Below, piece after piece: positions 13,581 to 24,300 of a stretch of 64,000 nt of DNA. Positions within the stretch are counted from its first letter, which is position 1. Every line of letters begins with the position of its first letter. The DNA comes from Magallana gigas (taxonomy: Eukaryota): NCBI RefSeq assembly GCF_963853765.1, contig NC_088857.1:9734001-9798000 (forward strand), given 5' to 3'. Position numbers and translations under genes: made by a program. The notes beneath the pieces were generated by a model. That model ran no database searches and was not told the DNA's origin. It worked only from the letters and a program-made list of their open reading frames with translations.

Positions 13581-16481
13581 CATTATATTGAAGCTATGTG
13601 GCCAACTGTCCTCTTCTTTATTATCTGAATCACTTCCACATGTATTTTCAGATATAAGACCAATATTCATTTTGTATGGAAACGATCACATTTTTGAATA
13701 TGTGATTTCTCTTTATTTACTTCTTAATATTGATTAAGTCTAAATGCAACACAAAGTTTAGGATTTAATAAAGAGCATGCGTACATGAATTTTCATGAAC
13801 CAACACATCGTGTGTAAGTTAGGGAGAAAACAGTTCTGCATTTGGTGAACGAACGGACCTTACCTAGCAATGATATAAGAACTTTATTGTTCTTTAGAAT
13901 CCAAGTATTTATAACATCTATGGAATCACAAAGGCATTGAAGTGTTAGGCAAACTTATCAATGTAATGTAAACATCTATTCCAATGGTTTGTCACTTTAA
14001 AAAGTATGAATTTAATTTGAAAAATAAAACATGCGCGTTCTTTTCATGGTATCATAGTTATTGCCGTAAAGAAAAGTAGACAGAACACGAAACAGGGCAA
14101 CACTCGTAAATCAAAAGATTACATGCCATTTCATGCCGGAGTCTAACCTTAAAAGTCACACGGACATGCTATATAGGGAAAAATCAAAATATTAATGGTG
14201 GATACAAAATGTTATCAGTGGTTTGACGTAAAGAAAAGTCAACAAGCTTTTAAGACTTGGCTTGATTGTGATTAGTGGTTTGTCCATCGGTAACACTGTA
14301 GGGGAGCTCAATGCAGGTCCAGGGGGCACCTGCTAAGGTCTCTATATAGACATCCGGTCACGAACCAGCATCGACTGTCTACGTAACAATCACGTGATGC
14401 GTTTGAAGAGAAAATGAATGTTAATAATAAAAGTCAGTCTAAAATAAGAAATCGTATGATTTGTATGATATTTAATCAAAGATAACCCTAAGATACGATA
14501 AATCTTGGCATAAGTCAATCTAGAACATAAACCTGATATAAAATAAACGAGTTGGATTAGAAACGAACCCACTGAACCAATATTCAATAACCAAGATATC
14601 AGACACCCGTCTTGTTGCTTGCGTTAGACTTTCTCTTTTGTTTTATGCGACCGGGATCACTGAATTCCTTCATAACGAGGATTTATCAGATTTCGCGACC
14701 CTATCCCCACAACAGATCCCATCGATTCTCGGATTTCTACAAAGTCCTAAATGATGTTTCCATTTAATTTCACTTGGTAAACAAGGACTCATTGTGTTCA
14801 GACATTTAAAATCATAATGCAAGTGAAATCTTTAGTTACACGATTCTTAAGAATGTGACTTTGATAACACGTAGAGATAAAACGATCACTTGTTCTTTTT
14901 GATTCGGAACAATTATTACATAGTTGACAAGAAAACAAAAGGTATATCAGGTGCTTAACAATGGATACAAACGTTACCCCCACACTTGGTTCATTGGCAA
15001 GCTCGATTGACTGAAGGGCTATAGAAAATTTAATTATTCTCAACTTGACTCTTTTCCGGTCTTGGGCTCATTTAATCTTTTTAAATCATGAAGAATAATC
15101 AAATATGGTATCTTACTAATGGAGTCCGGACCCCCAGCATGTGAACGGAGCGGAAAAGCTGCGAATCGTAGGAAGCATCTCTTCCTCTCACAGCTTTGTC
15201 ATACAACGTTACGTGGTTGAGGGACTACATTCTGTAACCAAATACCGGTATCACCAACACAACAACCAAACACGTTCATTAAAGTGTGGACCATAAAAAA
15301 ATCCAAAACACACTTATACGTATACTTACACATATACATGTACATGTAGCACGGCAAACTTTATATTCAGACAATTTACTGCCTCCGATGTGTTACTAGT
15401 AATTTTATGCACTAAATCCGAACCTATGAACACTAACCTACATGTAACTAACTTAGGCACTATCGCATTTCTGTCTCTGGTTGTCGCTTGGCAAAGTGGT
15501 AAAGCGGGAAAAATTAAGACTTTCTTCCCAGATTCGGAGCATTTCGAATCCTTTATTAAAGTAAAGTATCCTTCAAATAAGACCATGTAATGAATGCCCC
15601 TTTTTAAGGAGAGGAATTCGAAGCAATATACAATCTTTTCATGTTTAGTGGCCTCTGGTTACAGAAGGGCAAAGAAATATCCCTTCATGTCATCTACTCA
15701 GTGTGAGTGAAAAGTCAAGATGCGATGATACGCAATAATCCCTGCAAAACAGTAAATATTACATCAAATTTGTCGTATGAATTATAAAGCAAGTAATTTG
15801 TTTGAAATTCTCAAATAATGTTGTTTGAAAAAGAAGTGTTAATTGTGGATGTTTGTTAAAGTACTATCATTGAATATTCTTCAAAAGGCTCTTTAAATAA
15901 ATGGTAAATCAGAACTGTGGATTGTAAAATAGATGGCGCCGGCTGAGTTGTCTTTTACTCCTTATAACAGAAAACAGCTGCAAAAATGAGGAAAGTTATC
16001 AATATCTTGAGCTCGAAAAATGAGACTTTCTTTGGAAATGTACAAAATTAAAAGGAAATCCTAATATGATAACGTTAAAAATCAGTGTCAGGAGCTAAAA
16101 AATGTTTAACCTTAAGAGAAATTGATTCTCAAAATAAAAGTGTATGTCCTGAACGTAAGTGTGTGCATATGCTCAGACTAAAAAAGTCTTATTCCTTTGC
16201 ATTCTCTTTCATAAATAATACGCGTACGCTTAATCCCTATTCCAGCCGACAATTAACCAGAGTGGATCTATAGATAATGATTGGGGCTTTTATGCAAGTC
16301 TCTTCGTTTTCCCCCCATTCACTCGCGCCAGTATTGAGACAACTTTATTCACGTGTTTAATCAGCTTATTAATGATAATGATTTTAAACCGCGAGATCGA
16401 TATCCACTGAAAGGAACGGTGCTAACTGGTTAACGGACAACCAGAGTAAACTACCAGATATTTGCATATATATACATTCAT

Positions 16482-16505
16482 TGCCTGACGTCATGACGTC
16501 AGGCA
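16482..16505. promoter_or_regulatory. Perfect 24-bp palindrome containing two tandem full CRE sites
   Basis: TGCC-TGACGTCA-TGACGTCA-GGCA equals its own reverse complement. Confidence 0.45.
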
Positions 16506-18909
16506 TATCTAAGGTTTAAAAGTTGCAATCTCCGAAACAGTGCAGACAATGGGACAAGCAGTATCATGATATTTCACAAAAAAGATTAACCGATGCATGT
16601 TTAAGATGTCAGCATTTACATTCACAATTGATGAAAATGTTATATGGCATGTAATAACAACAGCGAGCAAGAGTTTTCAAGTAAAAGGGACGGTCACCAT
16701 GCAGAGCACGTGTGTAATCCTGCTTTAAAAATAGATCAGCATTCCACCATATTTGAACGGTGAAAGGGGAGGGGGTCACCGCAACAAGTTGTAACATATT
16801 GTCTATTACGGTACAATGTAAGAAATAATTGGTGTTGGATTATCATTATTACAAGAGAGTCATCAATTTGGATTAAAACAAATAAATATTTATACAGCTG
16901 GAATGTTTACTGGAGGAACTAAATCGCCAAAGCGGGGTGTGACCCCATTTTCGTTTAGTTGGGCGATTTCATTAATCTTGAAAAGAGAACATAACTCGCA
17001 TGTCTTACTAAATGTACATTACCACATTTAAAACTTACTAATCAAGGTGTTTCTTAATTCGATACATTTCTTACAAAACATCCGATCCAAAGTATAATGT
17101 ACATATATGTAGCTGTTACAAAACAAAAGTAAAAAAAAAATTCATCTAACCCTCCCCCCCATGGATCTCTGCCAATGGATGAGTTCATTCGTTGCGTGAA
17201 CGGTAAAGCAGGATTTCGCGCCAAAATGTCTCATTCATAGTTTTTGTGCGTCGATTAGTTGACGAGTCTGTTGGGATCATGCAAATACCCCAGACCCCAC
17301 CATGTGTTTACATCACAGGCACGTAGCATCGGGGGTTGGGGTGAGGGAGGCTGCTTCCTCTCCCCTCTTTTTATAGAATAAATGGAAATATCATGGATTT
17401 ACCCCCCCCCCCCCCTCCACTTTTGTAGGAGCAAGCAATAATGAAAAGTTCTGCAAATAATGTCTAATTGAATTGAAGTTACAGTTAGGGTTTTTTTTCA
17501 TGAATTTGAGAATTCATCCTTTTTAATTGCTTGTCAAGATGATTTTAATGAAGCTGCCCACACACATTCAAAAACAATACGTGTTTGTATACCCTCTCAT
17601 ATTTCATAAGGCTGGAAGTTTTAAAAAATGCCTTTCAGTTGATTTTGCAATTAATATAACAAATACAATTTGCAAAAAACGACTATTTACTCTCCAGCTC
17701 TCAAACTTACCTGTACTTAAATGATAAGTGTGCATTCCTAAAAAATTGAATTAATAAAATAAAAGAATTTCAAGTGATATACATGTATATATATCTTAAA
17801 TTTCCGTGTTCCATTTATAGATTTATGATCAGCAGCAAAAATTAAAATTAATTTCTGATAAGATAGCCTAATTGATACATGTATGCTTCCATTGAATAAT
17901 TTTGTTTAGTCAGGCAAGCTTTTTGGAAAGCTATTACTTGTTTTACATTTACATTCTGAAAGCAGATTTTGGATACTTGTGCGCTGATCTCGCCTGTTAT
18001 TCCGGCCGTGTATGATTGGGTACTGATAAAATTGTGTGGATGATTGTTGTGATAGTATGAATAAAATGTATTGATGAAAAATCGCTTTATACCCGTAACT
18101 GTGACAAAAATGACAACATATTGACAATTGTTAAGTTGTGTGTTGACAACTGTTTATTCGTTAAGTTTCACTGACAAGCGTAACATTGTGAATCACCAAC
18201 AATATTTGGTAAGGCTAAAACCTATATATGAATTGTCATACCATTATTGTCTTTTAAAAACATAGCGTCTTAATGGTATGCATAGACTCATGTACTGAAT
18301 AGCAAATAAATTGATTGAAAAGTATTTGCGTCGTAAAATAAATTATTAATTCTTTTCAAACGGTAGACATTTCTTTCGTACAACACAATAGAGTCGATGA
18401 CCTTAGGAAAAAAATGAGAGGAAAAATTATCAAAAGTCTAATCGTTTGTATTTAAACAAAAGATAACCAAGTAAAACCTTTAAATTTCCTTTGAGGACAA
18501 GCGAAGTGTGACCCATAGAAGGAACAAGCTCTCCCCTATGTATTTAGTGAATCAGTCGAATCATTCCGTTCAAAGCAATATATATTAGAGTGTATGTGCT
18601 GGAGATTCTTTATGATTTAGAATACGTGCAATACTAACAACCGATCTGTCTATGGTGTGTTTATTTTTCTATTTTACAGTGAACTTCTTTGATAGTTGGT
18701 GAATGGATTGAAGACGTGTGGACGAGATTTGTAAGTGTTCTCAACAATAACTCATCTCATGCAGCACATCATATTTAATGGAGGTTATATTTATCTCTCA
18801 TATAAACAAAATCTTCTTTGGATTTTGCAGAAAGTGCTAGACAACAAAGAGGAATTAATATTTGAGCACAGTGGATGGATGCCGATGTTGACTCCATGGG
18901 TTCACAACA

Positions 18910-20100
18910 ATGTTAAAGTATTCGGTTACAAGTGATGAAGGCTCGTTCTCTCCAAACCCTGCTTACCACGAACACACAGAAACTCATTTAATGAAGGACA
19001 CAATTGACGTCAACATCAATCCAAGGTCGCGTGCAAAAATGGTGATGAAGAAACGTGCAAAGCAGGTTCAGAGAAGAGGAGGAGACTTTTCATTTTTCCC
19101 GCCAATTTCTAGGACTCCCAACAATCAGCGTAAGGAGGTCATTACACCGTATGTTAACCATATAGACGCAGAATCGCCGTATATTAATTCATTGGGAATA
19201 TCACGTGTTCATGACGTCACGACACCGTATGTTTTACATAGCCAATATTCAAAACACGACGTCTCGTCACCCATGCCCCAGAAGGAGCATACGAGGGTCT
19301 CAAATCTCTCTCGTAATAACGCAGGAACCCCCCAGAATCAACCCCAGCATAATGTAGTGGAAATTACTAGAATTAGAAAAGACCAATCGTTTTCTCACGA
19401 AAGTATTAACAAAATTGGTGCTTCCTCTCCATTCATAGAAAGACGGTCTCGGTTAGATCATCGTCGAAAGTTAACGAAAGAGAATGCAAATCAACATACG
19501 TCTCGAAACCACGTGCATGATACAGACAAAAACGCAAAGTTGCAGGTTCAGAGTAATCAAATGGGACTAGTGCAAAGGACCGAGCGCCACAAGTCTTTCC
19601 ACGACTACAGCCGAGCCAGAAACGAGGAACAGTTCTCTATCCGGAAGAAAATAGAGCAGTTCCGGAAATGGCACGAGGAACAGTATAAAGACAAGCTGAA
19701 GAGATTGAAAGAAGAGGTAGACAATCAGTACGAAGTCGAGAACATAAAGGCTCAAACTTCCAGGGTCGGTAGTCACACACCGCAAGGCAATGTATCGGTG
19801 GAAAAGAGAGAACGGCCAGAAAAGAAAAGAAAACCCGAACCACAAAAATCGTCTTCCAGTGAACAAACCCCGGTTCTGAATGGAGAGAATTTACCAAGCT
19901 CTGTGGACGAAAAAGCGAGTTCCGAACGGACTTGGCACACGTGGCGTGACGTCAACGATTCCTACGCGTACTCTGACGTGAAGCAGTACATAGAGGAAAA
20001 CGAACTGATGACGAAAGAGAAGGAGGAGTGGATAAAGAAATGGGTCATCGATGTTGACAAAGCGATGAAACAAGAGACAGACGGTACCTCTCAAGTGTGA
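18910..20100 (+). CDS. Uncharacterised 396-aa protein in a single coding exon; hydrophilic and probably disordered, with a coiled coil and a W-rich helical C-terminus
   Basis: 1191-nt open frame in AT-rich DNA with higher GC. Upstream splice signals: CAG|18680-18730|GTAAGT and GCAG|18831. No recognised domain; the true start may be ATG 18991. Confidence 0.75.
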   Translation: MLKYSVTSDEGSFSPNPAYHEHTETHLMKDTIDVNINPRSRAKMVMKKRAKQVQRRGGDFSFFPPISRTPNNQRKEVITPYVNHIDAESPYINSLGISRVHDVTTPYVLHSQYSKHDVSSPMPQKEHTRVSNLSRNNAGTPQNQPQHNVVEITRIRKDQSFSHESINKIGASSPFIERRSRLDHRRKLTKENANQHTSRNHVHDTDKNAKLQVQSNQMGLVQRTERHKSFHDYSRARNEEQFSIRKKIEQFRKWHEEQYKDKLKRLKEEVDNQYEVENIKAQTSRVGSHTPQGNVSVEKRERPEKKRKPEPQKSSSSEQTPVLNGENLPSSVDEKASSERTWHTWRDVNDSYAYSDVKQYIEENELMTKEKEEWIKKWVIDVDKAMKQETDGTSQV

Positions 20101-21322
20101 TCCACATATAAGCTTACTGTGATAAAAACTTATTGTGATATATTCATGTATTCAGTTTGATTGATCTCTGTAGAGATTCCGTCATCAGTCCAAAACTACA
20201 GTATTATCTCAGATATTTTGGAAAGTGGTGCAAAAGGACACCCGGATTCCTGTATTTTTCTTCCTTACCTAAAAGTTTTGCCCACAACGAAAATATATGA
20301 GGAGATTGTAAAATATAACCGTTTACTTGAATAAGCAATGTACAATGTAAGCAAAGAAAGCGATATGTAATTTATTAGTAAATACATATTTAATGAAATG
20401 TTGATGCACATTCTTACCTCGCGCTGAATTTCTTAATATAAATATGAACTAATTATATGAAAACTTTATTTTATTGAGTTTGTTTTAAAAAAAATATATT
20501 GTTAAATAAATTATTGTTTGCACAAGGCGTTTGTAATAATTGAATTTGACATAACGATTGAAGAACATGTACACGTTTTTTTGCTTCTAATTTTGCATCT
20601 TTAACTCAACAATGGAGGATTTAACCAGTGCACAACACGAGCCAATATCAACAAAGAAGTTTTCTTAAGTTTGCAAATCATTTTGTATATGACTTTTTGT
20701 ATAAATGCATGCATGTATACGTGTTTAGCGACCAAGTACAAAGATTTTGGATGCAAGGGCGAATATTGCATTTTTAAGGGGTTGGAAAGTACTTTGCAAA
20801 AGCAGATTTCGTGTTATTTAAGTCGAAATTAAACGTACCAGCGAATATTTTTTGAAATCACACCTAGTATACATGAAGTTATAAATCATTTGTTTGAGTG
20901 TTCAAAGGACGAATATACAGTATCCTCCTGACATCGACAACACTTTTCATCAATTTTTCATATAAAATTGTGTATACCGTGTTTGTGATAATGTAATCCC
21001 TTCGTCTGTGAAACTCGAGGAATCCACTAATCATAACTATTCACCAAATATGAAGATTCCTCAATCAAACCATATACATAGAAAGCGTGAATAAAGAGGT
21101 TTTTTCAAGGAGACTTTTTAAAATAACTTGTATCCCTTTACCGCATTTTACGATATCCTTTGTTTTATTCATTAATGGAATACACATGTATATGCAAACG
21201 CTTGCAGAGGTTCTCGGTTCAAATGATCAAATGAATAAAGCACAGACTTTAGATGATGTATTTGTTTGATGTGCTCTTTGTAAATGAATAATATGCAGAC
21301 GAGGTACACCCTCCGGAAATTT

Positions 21323-24300
21323 TTATATGTTAATGACATAATAACTATCGGGATTCTGTCGCAGAGTGGAGCCGCCCCTGTGAAGCGTGAAGATCTCTGG
21401 ACCATGTCCGCATAGCTGTGCCGCAATCTAATAAACAGATAAACAACAGTTAGCGATATACACACCTTAGAAATAATCAAAAGTCAAAGAAAATGTATAA
21501 AACTAATATATTTATTGCTTTCTGTTACTGGTAATGGAGTTAAACTATAGTGGAATATAGATAAGGCTGGGTTCGATTGACCTATTCTAGATTAACGTAC
21601 GTAGCATCTTACATTTAATTATTACAATCTATCTTAAGTTATTAATGCAATGCATTTTCTTTGATTATTAAATATATATATAAATATCACAGGATTCGTA
21701 CGATGTTCATTCAACAGTATAAAAAATTTTTATTTCTCTTTTGAAACACCCACTCTAGCTTGTCAGATTTCAATACACAGCTTAAAAGAAAATGTTTACG
21801 GGGATTTTGCATTGTAACATAAATAAAACTAAAAGTACCCGGATGGGACGAGATCGATGAAAAATTGTGCGAGGTATTCCAAATGACATCAAAATCTAAC
21901 ATTTCCCATTATAAATATCCATAAGAAATCTGTTTTTGTAACTACAAATATTTGAGTGAAAAACGAAAATGTGTAGCTGAAGATATTCTGGATATTTTTC
22001 CTATTCATCAATTTCAATTGCACTTCTTTTACAGGTACATGTATGTGCATTTTATATGATAATTAAAAATCGTCCAAATGCATAAACATTTTTGGACAGA
22101 CTTTATGGGTACACAAAACAAAAAGAGACCTGTTAATGGCAATGTAACCATGGACCAACTTGCTGATATTTTGTTGATTATAGGACCTCGTTTTGCAAGC
22201 CTAACCTCTGAATAAAGGTTAAATAGTTTACAGTGCCTAGATTAACGAATCTGTGAGTGTGGTTCTTACAAGTATTTGATTTAACAAGTCTTCATACGTT
22301 GTTCACTGTTCATTTCAAAGTTCATTCATTGTAAATAGTTCGCAGTGAATGTCTCTGTTTGGGAAGTCCCAATAAGAATATACAACACTGACCTTGAACC
22401 CGTCATCCGTGCACTCCACGAAGATTCCCGACAGGGAGGAAGAGTCCAGATTGTACTGACCAAACTCAAACGTGGCGATCGGTGTGTACGCAGGAATCCT
22501 GGCGCAGTTTTCCAACACCTAAAAATTAAAAGGAAGTGTGTCAAGTTATTAGTCCTCGCTTTTCCTGACAGGCCTCAGTATCATCACGTTCGGTCAGTAA
22601 GCACCATTGCACAGTGCAGACTTCAGTATGATCCAGACCTACATTTTTGTCAACCCCCATCCCCCCTTCCAACAAATACAGGATGTACATGTAAACGCCT
22701 GGATTATGTCGACTAGTAAATTCAAAAGTACACTCAAACGGAAGTTCTCGTCTGTTTACCTTGGGTCCGGCGGTCCATGCCGAGGGTGCCGGAGCCTTAC
22801 AGGTCTGCATGACGACCGCCTCGGGTGCACTGTGGGTCCCGTCCGTGCAAAGTCCGGCATTGTCGTTAAGAACTTGGTTTCCATTTGCAAGAACCATCAC
22901 AAAGGCCAGAGGATCACATGTCTCTATAAGAAGAAACATATAAGATTAACTACCTTATCAAATATACTAAATGCATGGTAATTAAACAGAAGTATGCTAG
23001 TATGCTAATTTGTTGTTTTTATTTCATCACGCTGGTATCGATATGAAATAAAATAATTTGGTTATACACATGTATGCACGATCTACAAAATATTATTTGG
23101 ACGTTGTCCATTCCGTTTTCTCAAATCAATGCCCAAAAAATTGATACTACAAATTTATTTTACCAGAACAGCACAAAACCAATATTTTAACAATATAACA
23201 ACGATTATGGAACTAGTATATTAAATATCTTATAGTTTGGTAATATTGTAGTATGGTTTATCAAAAGTACTGATATTTACTGAGATTCAGAGGAGGCAAT
23301 GTGCTTCCTGGCATATTAGTGGTTGCTGGTGGCATGGTTGTGGTGGCGGGTGGCATGGTGGTAGTGGCAGGTGGCATAGTGGTGGTAACTGGTTTCTTTG
23401 TGGTGATCGGCTGTGTGGTTACCTGGACGGTCGTCGTCGGTTTCTCTGTTGGTTTCTCCGTAGGTTTGTGCGTTGTTGTCACGTGAGAATGTTGTTGGAT
23501 ATGAAGAAGACCTACAGTACAAATCACCTGATTATAAAATTGATTGGTTCGTTGAGCTGTGAGATATAGCAGCTCATGTTGCTTTGTGACATTACATACC
23601 TTCACAAAACGTTTGTAACTTATTAAGACAGCCAGGTTCAGTGTTGTGTGTAATAAGGTCTCGAAGCCTATTCTCTAAAAATAACAAAAAAAATTCTTAT
23701 ATTCCAAAAGGAAGAAAGAAGAAGAATATTATATCGAACATGCTAATACTCTATAACTGCAAAAATTATGAAACATTCGGACAAGTCACCAGTGTTTCCA
23801 TAAACATTTTAAACTTATGAAATCCGCTCTTATTCCAAATAAGTTCCAAGGAGTTATTCCGGATATTGACGTCCGAAATGCTCCAGTATAATTATGTATT
23901 TGCAAATTTTCCGGATCGGAATATCCCAAAGTGCATCGAACACTAGAGACCTGTATGTCACTCTATATGTGATATGTATGGGACCGGAGTACCTTGTGCA
24001 CAGTGTTTTTAAATAGAGACCAATAAACCTAAATATGTGCATGTACAAAGAAATACCTCACAATATGCACAAATGATAGACGGCGCGTCTTTTAACCATA
24101 ATGAATCACAATGATACCACAATGAACTGATGATATTAATTGAATACATTCATTATATATTTGGTATAACTACCTATACGTGTTTTATACACAATTTACA
24201 GGTAACTGCAATGTTTGACATTGTGGTTAAAAGACGCGCCCATGATACAGACCGGAATGTACATGTAATCCAATGAATACCGGTATATCTGTAAACAAAA

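Noticed and set aside
18680-18935. In-frame TGA at the start of exon 18680 followed by an open W-rich frame (possible selenoprotein)
   Set aside because: No upstream coding exon, no recognisable selenoprotein motif and no SECIS identified; simpler as 5'UTR.
22541-22759. Read-through extension of ORF 22541-22939 (..RRELPFECTF..GLDHTEVC..)
   Set aside because: A donor at 22759 and an in-phase acceptor at 22518 give a coherent domain; the extension is intronic.
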